Below the pieces are notes generated by a model, which made no database searches, was not told where the DNA came from, and saw only the letters and a program-made list of their open reading frames with translations. A stretch of 55,203 nt of DNA from NCBI GenBank assembly GCA_049653045.1, contig JBASFN010000140.1, positions 1-55,203 of the forward strand. Direction: 5' to 3'. A program made the translations under genes and the position numbers. Each line of letters opens with the position of its first letter. Position 1 is the stretch's first letter. This stretch comes from Alphaproteobacteria bacterium (lineage in GTDB: Bacteria > Pseudomonadota > Alphaproteobacteria > Micavibrionales > Micavibrionaceae). This document shows positions 45,528 through 54,172 of the stretch, piece after piece.

Positions 45528-45740
45528 TTAAAGGGTGCTGATTATTCTTACGGCATATTCCTTTATGGGCTTTCTATTGAGCCGGCCGTCGTTTTTGTTT
45601 TTTCTTGGTAGCATCAGTGGTGGATAAGTATTCTTCTTTGTGTTCCACTGGCCGCCTTGTTTTCTACATTTTCTTGGAATTTTGTAGAAAAGTCTGCATT
45701 TAGGTTGCGTCACCTCTTAGAAACCAAGCTTTTAGTTTAA
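45528..45740 (+). pseudogene. C-terminal relic of a third acyltransferase-3 gene
   Basis: Translates to LKGADYSYGIFLYGLSIEPAVVFVFSW*HQWW...FSWNFVEKSAF..., with an internal stop. This parallels ILKGADYSYGIFLYGYAIQ...FSWHFIEKPAL of the convergent neighbour. A 22-nt identical inverted DNA match links 45537-45558 and 45924-45945. Confidence 0.55.
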
Positions 45741-46823
45741 ACCACTTCTCTTCGAGGGCAGTAAGGTATTTTCTTGAAGACAAGGCTGGTTTCTCAATAA
45801 AGTGCCACGAAAACATGGCCATAAGGGTTGTTGTTGGAAGCGCAAGGATTATATTCCAGTACCATTCATGAAGCGAAGGGTGCACAGCCATCCAAGCTTG
45901 TTGTATAGCGTATCCGTAAAGAAATATGCCGTAAGAATAATCAGCGCCTTTTAGGATCATTACCTTTGTAGGGTTACAAAGCCCAAGATAAATAACGACG
46001 TATGTTACAGGCATGATTGCCAATATATCACCGTAAATTGGAAAAGACAGAAATGTTAGTGATAAAATAACAGCGGTTGAAAATAGGCGACCGTCCCATT
46101 TTATCAGGTCACCAAAACGTGCCATCGCAACGCCTGTTAAAAAATATATGATTAAGAGATGTCCAGGAACTCCTGTAGGGGCTCGATTTCCGCTAAAGCC
46201 ATGCTTCGTGAAGAAAAATACGGCCCATGCTGCCAACAATCCCGTAATAACGAAAGGTAAAATAATTCGATAACGATAGATGCCTAAAAATGCAATTAGA
46301 AAAAGAGCAATATAACAATACAATTCAAATGGCACTGTCCATAGCTGACCATTCACTCTAACTGGGTTTGGATTATTTGTGAAAACTCCCGGTAGTTCAT
46401 AGTGAATGTGGCCTGTTATGTTCAATAAATAAGTGAAAAATTTATGATCTGTGAAATAAGTTGTAAGCGGAACATTAGTGAAAAGGACTCCCAATACGAG
46501 AGCTGATAGCATCACTTCTACAAATAGTGCAGGAAATATTCTTATCGCCCTTAAACCAAGAAACATTATCAGCGATTTGCAACGGTCAAGACTTCCTGCC
46601 ACTAAGAAACCACTCAGCGCAAAAACATTGGCAAAATAATAGCTATTAGTGGTCTGAATGGACCCATTTGCACCTGATCTTGGACCGTGGGCCCATAGCT
46701 TGTGACAATCGAGTGCCAGCAAACAACAGATACTGAAAGTATAATTCTTAAATAATCGAATCCCGCAGGTCGTCCGCCTACATCACTCAAGCGAACTTTT
46801 AATGTAGGTTTTGTTTTCTTCAT
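45700..46823 (-). pseudogene. acyltransferase family 3 gene split by a frameshift in a homopolymer tract
   Basis: The N-terminal ORF (46614-46823; GFDYLRIILSVSVVCWHS...ILPMF) and the body ORF (45700-46722; ...FALSGFLVAGS...) overlap in different frames. One more A/T at the A5 run 46621-46625 would restore ILPMFFALSGFL. Confidence 0.75.
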
Positions 46824-46890
46824 GCGTGGCTTTTAGCAATAAAATTAGGTCTAGACAATCATTAAATCTATCTGGATCGGCTGTGTCTGG

Positions 46891-48186
46891 CTACAGGTTC
46901 CAATAATCAAAGGATTTAAAGTCTCCCGGACTCAGGGTCGATTTCACATCGACCATGATGCCGCCTTCCATCGTCAGTCGGGTTGTGTAATCCTGCGGAG
47001 ACCATGCTAGATACTGCCGATGGGGAACAGCCAGCACCAGAACGTCGAGATTTTTAAATGCATCAAGGCTGGCTAGTTGCAGGCCGTATTCATGTGCAAC
47101 CTCTTTCGCATCGGCCATGGGGTCATGGACAAGCGGCTTAATGCCGTATTGCCCGAGTTCGGCGATGATGTCGGGTACTTTGCTGTTGCGGATGTCGGGC
47201 ACGTCTTCCTTGAAGGTCAGGCCGAGAATGCCGATTTTGGCATCCTTGACCGGCCGGTTGCCCTTGATGAGGCTTTTGATGATCTTTTGCGCGATGAACG
47301 CGCCCATACCGTCGTTGATGCGTCGTCCGGCGAGGATTATCTGGGGGTGGTAGCCGACGCTTTCGGCCATCGATGTCAGGTAATAGGGATCGACGCCGAT
47401 GCAGTGCCCGCCGACTAGCCCCGGCGTGAATTTCAGGAAATTCCATTTCGTCCCTGCGGCGATGAGGACATCGCGGGTGGAGAGGCCGATCCTGTCGAAA
47501 ATAAGGGCAAGTTCGTTCATCAGGGCGATATTGATGTCACGCTGGGTATTCTCGATGACCTTGGCGGCCTCGGCCACACGGATGGACGGAGCCTTGTGGA
47601 TTCCGGCCTTGACCACTGATCCGTATATACGCGCCAGAATATCGGTAATTTCCGGTGTGTCCCCAGCCACAACCTTTATGACCTTTTCTATCGTATGTTC
47701 CCTGTCGCCGGGATTAATCCGCTCGGGCGAATAGCCGAGATGGAAATCGACCCCCTGTTTCAGACCTGATTTTTTTTCGATCACCGGGCCGCAAATATCT
47801 TCGGTTACGCCCGGATAGACGGTCGATTCAAAGACGACGATTGCGCCCTTTTTCATGATTCCTGCGATGGCCTCGGACGCGCTGCGCACATAGAACAGGT
47901 CGGGTTGCCTGTTGCTGTTAATAGGAGTGGGAACCGCGACGATGAAAACGTCAATGTCCGTAAGATCCGTCGTGTCGGACGTGAAAGAAAGGCGGGTTTT
48001 TTTTAGTTCCGTGGGGTCTGTTTCATTTGTCCTGTCGGATGCGTTTTTTAGTTCCTCAATGCGGGTTTTGTCGAGGTCATAGCCGTAGATTCCAGGAAAT
48101 TCCTGCGCCAGCCCGAGCGCCAGAGGCAGCCCCACATATCCTAATCCGAAAACCGCTATTTTATATGTGGAAAGATCTTTTTTCAT
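46891..48186 (-). CDS. nucleotide-sugar dehydrogenase (TviB/WbpO-like UDP-N-acetylhexosamine 6-dehydrogenase family)
   Basis: Contains KIAVFGLGYVGLPLALGLA and GGHCIGVDP with the catalytic Cys. 431 aa. Confidence 0.8.
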   Translation of the reverse strand: MKKDLSTYKIAVFGLGYVGLPLALGLAQEFPGIYGYDLDKTRIEELKNASDRTNETDPTELKKTRLSFTSDTTDLTDIDVFIVAVPTPINSNRQPDLFYVRSASEAIAGIMKKGAIVVFESTVYPGVTEDICGPVIEKKSGLKQGVDFHLGYSPERINPGDREHTIEKVIKVVAGDTPEITDILARIYGSVVKAGIHKAPSIRVAEAAKVIENTQRDINIALMNELALIFDRIGLSTRDVLIAAGTKWNFLKFTPGLVGGHCIGVDPYYLTSMAESVGYHPQIILAGRRINDGMGAFIAQKIIKSLIKGNRPVKDAKIGILGLTFKEDVPDIRNSKVPDIIAELGQYGIKPLVHDPMADAKEVAHEYGLQLASLDAFKNLDVLVLAVPHRQYLAWSPQDYTTRLTMEGGIMVDVKSTLSPGDFKSFDYWNL

Positions 48187-48265
48187 GGGGTAGTTATCCT
48201 CTTTGCAGACAGAGATTTCCTGAGGGTTTACAGTGTCCGGGCTATTGGTGCAAGCTCCCTTTTTT

Positions 48266-49528
48266 CTATGTCTGTTTTTTAATCGTTTTGTTCTTCAGGC
48301 GCGAAAGAAAATAGAGCGTACCCGCGTGCCGGATTGGATAATGCATGGCGCAGATTATCAGCGCCATAGGGCGCGGGACGAAAACACAGAACGCGAACAT
48401 GCTGAGGCAAAAAAGGCTAATTGTGATATTGGCGTAGAGAAGATGCCGGGATACGGCATCTTTGTTGATGCCATAAGACTGGGTATAGATGGCATCTGTC
48501 ATCGCCAGACCGTAAGACAGGAACAGGATATAGACGACAGCCTCGCCGCCCTGAAACTTGGTGAAGAACGGAATGTAGAATGTACCGACGTAAAATGCGG
48601 CGCTTAGCCCCATTCCGAACAGCGTAAACACGGCCATGACCGCTGCTAGAAGACGGCGCGGCGGGAGTTTTTCGACGAAGTTCCTATAATAGATGTAAAA
48701 GGCCGGTTTGAGGGAATTGTAGATGAACCGCCCGGTCGAGAAAGCCAGCGTATAAAGCCCTAGAGTTTCAATCCCGAAGAAGTAGCCGATAATCATTTTA
48801 TCGGCGTGTTCCAGTGTGCTGGGAAGCCAGTTTGCAAGGCTCAGCGTAAAAGACTCACGGGTGTGCGGCATCGCAACCAGTTTAAGGGGGTTTGCGCTTT
48901 GGGCTGCGTTTCGTGCCAGCGTCCGGCCTGCCCAGATCAGGTAATAGGCGATGTTAAAGGCCGTCATGGAGATTATCTGCATGGCCGTAGCAAAGAAAAC
49001 GGAAGAGCCAAGCCCCATCAGTGCCACAAAAACGACCAGCGCTGCACCGTATTTCAGGAGGGAAAGGCCCGCAAGCAACGAAAATCGGCGCTGGGCCTGA
49101 AGCAGGGAAAAAAACAGGTCTGTGGGGTAATAGACGCAGGCCAGCAAAGATACCGTAAGCAAGCCGCGCGGGAGAATGTTTATATGGCATACGGATTCAA
49201 AAATCGCCAGAGCGGCAACGATTACAGTCGCGATTCCTATGCCGTAGAGGCGCATGAAAAACAGCGCGGTGGAGGCTTTTTCGTCCTCTAGCGCATGTAT
49301 ACGGATTTGTATTTTGGAACTTTCCAGGAAGGAGAACAGACCCATTAGCGCGAAGTAGGAAATTAGTAGGCGGTAATGACCCACATCTTCCATGGTGTAT
49401 AGGGAACTCAGGAGTAGGATAACGGCGTAATTGACAAAACCGGGTAGGGACGACGTGATGATAGCCAAAGGCGCATTCTTTGCGAAGAACTTTATTTCCT
49501 TGCTGTGCTTAAGGATTTTTTTTCTCAT
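48266..49528 (-). CDS. Wzx-type oligosaccharide flippase (polysaccharide biosynthesis protein family)
   Basis: About 420 aa with 12-14 TM segments. Its start at 49528 overlaps the stop of the upstream gene (ATGA). Confidence 0.7.
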   Translation of the reverse strand: MRKKILKHSKEIKFFAKNAPLAIITSSLPGFVNYAVILLLSSLYTMEDVGHYRLLISYFALMGLFSFLESSKIQIRIHALEDEKASTALFFMRLYGIGIATVIVAALAIFESVCHINILPRGLLTVSLLACVYYPTDLFFSLLQAQRRFSLLAGLSLLKYGAALVVFVALMGLGSSVFFATAMQIISMTAFNIAYYLIWAGRTLARNAAQSANPLKLVAMPHTRESFTLSLANWLPSTLEHADKMIIGYFFGIETLGLYTLAFSTGRFIYNSLKPAFYIYYRNFVEKLPPRRLLAAVMAVFTLFGMGLSAAFYVGTFYIPFFTKFQGGEAVVYILFLSYGLAMTDAIYTQSYGINKDAVSRHLLYANITISLFCLSMFAFCVFVPRPMALIICAMHYPIRHAGTLYFLSRLKNKTIKKQT

Positions 49529-50835
49529 CTGCACTCCGCGCCCGCGCCGATCTCCCTTTGCCTTGCGCACAGCCATAATCTGATTTTTTCCACATCGGCC
49601 TGCGTTTCTATCCGTTCAAGATTGTCCGGGACGGGGGCAAGGGCATGGGTGATTTTTATTTCCTGAAAGCCGCCGATGTCTGCCTCGCTGTTGATTATGG
49701 CCAGAGTTCCGGAGGATAAATCCGCAAGGAGACGTTTGTCGATCGGATTGCGCCGTACTGGATGGCTGCCCGCTCTAGCGGGAATAGCATCGGGCACTGC
49801 GGAAGCGGGAATCCGGGACCAGTCGGAAAAGTCCGTAAGCATGGATTGTGCTGTTTCGCCAGGGGGCGGGATCAGTGCCATGCATCCAGGACGCAAGCGA
49901 TCCAAAACGATATTGTCTTCGAGATAGACCAGTGTCTGCGGCGTGGAGCCAAGAAATTTTTCGTTTATCGCGATGGCGGGTCTTTTGCAATTGCTGAGCG
50001 GGGTCGGGATATAGGCGTTGCCGATAATATCGATTGCGCCGGGATTTATTATTTTCTCGCTGGTGTCCAGATGCGTGGCCGCCGCACCAGGCGCGGCCAC
50101 AAGGTTGTTGATGAAGGTTACCCTGTTGCCGTTTGTCAGGCGCGGGCTGCGTTGTTCGGCGGCAGCAAAAAGTGATCCTGCTATGATGATCCTGCCGACT
50201 GTATTGGCCAGAAGCAAATTCATGGAATGCACGCCCTTGGGATGCCCGCCGTGGCGTAGGGGCCAGGCGATGATGGAGCGTTCTATTAGCACATTATCGA
50301 CAAGGCCTTGGATGCCGATATTTTCGTCCACGCCCCAGCCAACACTGACATTACGCAGAATAATATCGTGCAATCGGCGTTTTTTCCCTGGTGAGCCGTA
50401 AATGGAAATGCCGTCGCGCTTTTCGGCGATTGACAGAATGGGGGACGATCCGGGATAGACCGCGATATTGCCGATGACGACGTTGCTGGCGCGGATATTC
50501 AATGTTCCACCGTAGAGAACGATACCCGGAGACGGAGCCGTTTCCCCGGCGATTGTAATTTGATCTCTGGCGATGGTAAGGTCGTTGGTGAGATTGATCG
50601 CCCCGGAAATATCGAATACGATTACGCATTTATTGCAGGCGGCGAGTGCGTTCCGGAGCGTGCCAGCCCCGGAATTTTCTAGAGAGGTTACGCGGAGAAT
50701 TCTGGATCCAGCAACCAGACCGCCGTTCGAGCGCACATCTCCAGCACCTCCCTCGGCGGCAAAAATTGGTGGCACGGAAAGGCAGGTGAGCACCATAAAA
50801 AGAATCAAGAATCCGATGCCGCATCGTTTTATCAT
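49525..50835 (-). CDS. secreted pectate-lyase-like right-handed beta-helix protein
   Basis: The signal peptide is MIKRCGIGFLILFMVLTCLSVPPIFAAEG. The segment VTSLENSGAGTLRNALAA...VIVFDISGAINLTNDLTI..DQITIAGETAPSPGIVLYGG.LNI.ASNVVIGN resembles PL1-like lyases. Confidence 0.55.
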   Translation of the reverse strand: MIKRCGIGFLILFMVLTCLSVPPIFAAEGGAGDVRSNGGLVAGSRILRVTSLENSGAGTLRNALAACNKCVIVFDISGAINLTNDLTIARDQITIAGETAPSPGIVLYGGTLNIRASNVVIGNIAVYPGSSPILSIAEKRDGISIYGSPGKKRRLHDIILRNVSVGWGVDENIGIQGLVDNVLIERSIIAWPLRHGGHPKGVHSMNLLLANTVGRIIIAGSLFAAAEQRSPRLTNGNRVTFINNLVAAPGAAATHLDTSEKIINPGAIDIIGNAYIPTPLSNCKRPAIAINEKFLGSTPQTLVYLEDNIVLDRLRPGCMALIPPPGETAQSMLTDFSDWSRIPASAVPDAIPARAGSHPVRRNPIDKRLLADLSSGTLAIINSEADIGGFQEIKITHALAPVPDNLERIETQADVEKIRLWLCARQREIGAGAECR

Positions 50836-51965
50836 CGGAGAATACTCTTTATTTTTGAGAACTCCCGATCAACATAGGCTTCGATGGTGTGGTGCGCGAT
50901 GACAAAGGCTCTTGCCTGTCTTGCGCAGGCTTCCGCATTGGGGTCGCTGGCGGCTTGTTCTAGTGCCTGTGCGATGTCCTCGCTGGTAAAGCCTTTTGCA
51001 AGATATCCTGTTTTTCCGTGTTTTATCAGTGTGTCGATGCCCGATGTTGGTGTGCCGATGCAGATCATCTCGGCGGCCATGGCCTCGATTAAGACCTTGG
51101 GTAGGCCTTCATACAGGCTAGGCAGAGCGAAAAAGCGGTATAATTTTAGGATCTCTGCAACTTCTTCATTCTGAAGGGCGGGGTGGTACTTCAAATCTAG
51201 CGCTATGGTTTTTGCTTGCTCCAGCAAGGATTTTTCCAGCGATCCGCGTCCGACAATTGTTAAGCACATATCCGCTTGTTTGCAGGCATTAATAAGGGCG
51301 GCAACATTTTTTACCGGCTCCAGCCTTCCTACGAAAAGAACCCTGTTGTTTTTTGGCTTGGTGTCGATGGTGGCCTTGAAGATGTCGATGTTGACGTATG
51401 TGGGCGCAACAAAAATTTTCTTTTTTGCCCCAAGGGTGTATTTTGAAACATAAACGCGAGCATCGTCGGTGGTTACCGATACAATTGATGCGAGGTTGAA
51501 GCTGATGATTTCGAGGCATAGAGCAACCAGAGCCTGGGGCCATTTTCTGCTTTTTATGAATCGGCGCGAAAGAAGGTATCCGCAGCGAAGCAAGACAGGG
51601 CAGCCATAGATCATAGCTAGCAGCGCCGTCCAGCAGCCGTTGATTTGGTTGGTTTTGCAGATGGCTGCACCGTCCCGAACCGCCCGCCCTATTTTACCGA
51701 TTGAGAGGGAATGAAGCAGAAGATCAAGAAGCGAGCGAGGTTGGCGATCCGGCATTATCAATTCGATGCGTTCTTTAAGTTCGGGCGCAAAGTTAAGTTT
51801 TTCAAGATATTGTCGATCGTTTGTGGAATAGGTAAATATCTGGATATGGGAGAAAAGCCCGCGTCGCAGATATTCAAACGGCACTTCCATTTCTCGGTTC
51901 GCGATTCCGTCGTGAGCCCATTTCTCTAGAGAACCTTTGAAGGTAAGGATGAATAAAAGCTTCAT
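50832..51965 (-). CDS. glycosyltransferase family 4 (GT-B, Glycos_transf_1)
   Basis: VLFVGRLEPVKN...PSLYEGLPKVLIEAMAAEMICIGT..SG is the typical EX7E region. Confidence 0.85.
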   Translation of the reverse strand: MKLLFILTFKGSLEKWAHDGIANREMEVPFEYLRRGLFSHIQIFTYSTNDRQYLEKLNFAPELKERIELIMPDRQPRSLLDLLLHSLSIGKIGRAVRDGAAICKTNQINGCWTALLAMIYGCPVLLRCGYLLSRRFIKSRKWPQALVALCLEIISFNLASIVSVTTDDARVYVSKYTLGAKKKIFVAPTYVNIDIFKATIDTKPKNNRVLFVGRLEPVKNVAALINACKQADMCLTIVGRGSLEKSLLEQAKTIALDLKYHPALQNEEVAEILKLYRFFALPSLYEGLPKVLIEAMAAEMICIGTPTSGIDTLIKHGKTGYLAKGFTSEDIAQALEQAASDPNAEACARQARAFVIAHHTIEAYVDREFSKIKSILR

Positions 51966-53026
51966 GGTGCGACCCCAGTTTTTTTCAGGATTGTCTCAAT
52001 TGCGCTGTCCCAGTCCTCGAACTGGGCGGCGGGAACGGTATAATCCAAAGGCGCGGTTAAGGCCTCGCGGATTTTGGCCGCCAGTCGGGGTCCATCGTGT
52101 GGCGGAAAATAAAAGCGCTCATTCAGCCCAAGATCCCTGTTGGCTTCGATGTCGGACAGGATCACGGGAATTCCCTGCTGGATGGCTTCTAGCACGGCGT
52201 TCGACATGCCCTCATGGACGGAGCAGTTCACGTAAAGAGAAGATTTTCGCAGAGCCAGCATCACGCTGTCGCGTTTTTGTACACCCATGAAATGGATATG
52301 TTCATTTTTTCCGTACAACGCTGTGAGCTTTTCGGCCTCGCCCGAGAGATCAGCGCCGCCGATAATGGAAATCGACGGGCCTTGTGCGCCTAGAAGCGCG
52401 GAGGCCTCAATCAGGACGGCGTAGTTTTTCGGTACGGTGATCCGACCTACCGCGACAATGGTGTTCGGGGTGCGTTCGAAAAGCGCGTTTTTGTGCGATT
52501 CCCTGTTCAATCCGTTGCGCACGAGGATTGAGTTTATGCCAAGTCTTGTAAGATGTTTCTGAATCGAAGGCGAGACGGCAATTACGGTGTCGGCGTAGCG
52601 GCAAAATTTTTCTGTGATCTTGAGTAACGCGCCGACTATTCCGCCCCATTTTTTCTGAATATGGTCGATGGATCCGCTGCGCAGGTGGATTTTCGCCCTG
52701 CGCCAAAAAATCGCACGCAGGAAAGGCACAAGGATCGCAAAATTTGTGCCAAAAATGAATACATGATCGTAACGCCTCGCGGCATAGCAGCCAAGGGCAT
52801 AAATCAGATAGAGTGCCTTATCGGTCTTGAATTTTTTGGAGCTGGGTACTGTTATGATCTGCAGTCCAGGGGGCAGAGCGCAATCGGGTTTTATGATGCA
52901 CAGAACATCGGCGTTGGCGTGTTGCAGCACCCTAGGGATGAATTCGTCCGTAAATTTTTCGATGCCGCCCTCGCATCCGAAAAGTCCTCGTGGCCCAATC
53001 ACCAGAATGCGGGGTCTATGTGCCAA
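51962..53026 (-). CDS. glycosyltransferase family 4 (GT-B, Glycos_transf_1)
   Basis: Contains IVAVGRITVPKN...CSVHEGMSNAVLEAIQQGIPVILSDI. The apparent start at 53026 is a TTG and is uncertain. Confidence 0.8.
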   Translation of the reverse strand: MAHRPRILVIGPRGLFGCEGGIEKFTDEFIPRVLQHANADVLCIIKPDCALPPGLQIITVPSSKKFKTDKALYLIYALGCYAARRYDHVFIFGTNFAILVPFLRAIFWRRAKIHLRSGSIDHIQKKWGGIVGALLKITEKFCRYADTVIAVSPSIQKHLTRLGINSILVRNGLNRESHKNALFERTPNTIVAVGRITVPKNYAVLIEASALLGAQGPSISIIGGADLSGEAEKLTALYGKNEHIHFMGVQKRDSVMLALRKSSLYVNCSVHEGMSNAVLEAIQQGIPVILSDIEANRDLGLNERFYFPPHDGPRLAAKIREALTAPLDYTVPAAQFEDWDSAIETILKKTGVAP

Positions 53027-53819
53027 AACCGATTTTCCTTTTCAGTTTTCGCGCCCAGTTCGGAATTAGAAGAAGCTTGCAATATCGTGCGATAATCGGC
53101 CATGGGTTTTCGCGCTTTTCGGACAGGGCGCAATGCAGCAGCCGTGCCGCCATGGAATTGAGGATCTGCCTTTTTCGTCTTTTGACCGTGATCGAGTCCG
53201 GATGGTAATAGCGCGTGACTAGAACCTTGGGAATACATCCGAATGTGAATCCAGCCCTTATGGCTCGTAGATAAAGATCGTAATCCTGTGCAAAACGGAA
53301 GGTTTCGTCGTAGAATCCGATCTGAGCTAATTTTCCCCTCCGGAAGGCAAGGGAGGCATGAACGATGAAATTCTTACGGGGCAGTTTCGCTTTGATATCC
53401 ACATCCTGCTGTGGGCCTTCGATTCTCCAGGATCGTCCTGTCGCCTTGTCTACCCCCGTGGCGTAGGAATAGACAATATCGACGTTTGGATGCTCCTGGA
53501 AGAAATGTAAAATCTCGTCCAGTCTGTTGGGCGCGGGAATGTCGTCGTCATCGGCGCGAACCATGATAGCGCCCATAGATGCCGCTATCGCCTTGTTGAA
53601 GGATCGGGTAGCGCCAAGATTGCACTCATTAATGATAATCTTAAGGCGCGGATCGTTGATAGTCTCGGTGGAAAAAATTGAATCTGGGTGCAGATCGGGT
53701 TTATCTAGAACTACCACGACTTCAAGCGGCACAGAAGACGCGAGAAATGTGCTGACGACCTTTTCGATTTCTGGTGCACCGATCGTGCTGATGATTATAG
53801 AGAGTTCCGGTGGTGTCAT
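53016..53819 (-). CDS. glycosyltransferase family 2
   Basis: Contains LSIIISTIG...VVVVLDKPD...RADDDDI (DXD-type) in a GT-A fold pattern. 267 aa. Confidence 0.85.
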   Translation of the reverse strand: MTPPELSIIISTIGAPEIEKVVSTFLASSVPLEVVVVLDKPDLHPDSIFSTETINDPRLKIIINECNLGATRSFNKAIAASMGAIMVRADDDDIPAPNRLDEILHFFQEHPNVDIVYSYATGVDKATGRSWRIEGPQQDVDIKAKLPRKNFIVHASLAFRRGKLAQIGFYDETFRFAQDYDLYLRAIRAGFTFGCIPKVLVTRYYHPDSITVKRRKRQILNSMAARLLHCALSEKRENPWPIIARYCKLLLIPNWARKLKRKIGFGT

Positions 53820-54172
53820 TTCCCGATCCCGTATTATAATGCGTTGCTTATAATCTCAAGCGTCCCAAGTCCTTACTATAAATGTTCGACAAATCATACA
53901 AAAAAAACCGTCAAAGTCGTAGTGATTTAAGGCGCGGATTTTTCGCTGTCGGGTTGTCCGGCGGATCGAGGTTATTGCAGGGGGCGGTGAGAGGGGATAG
54001 CAGGCTATCATAGGAAATTATTCATAAATCGTTAAAGGAATTTTTTTACGATGAAGGTGTGGGGTTCTCTTCTTTCAATCCCGAGCGGAGTTGGGGGATC
54101 GTTTTTTTATGATATCTGGTGTGCACTGTTCAAAGACTGTGCTTTGCTTGATATGACAAAAATCGAGGGACC

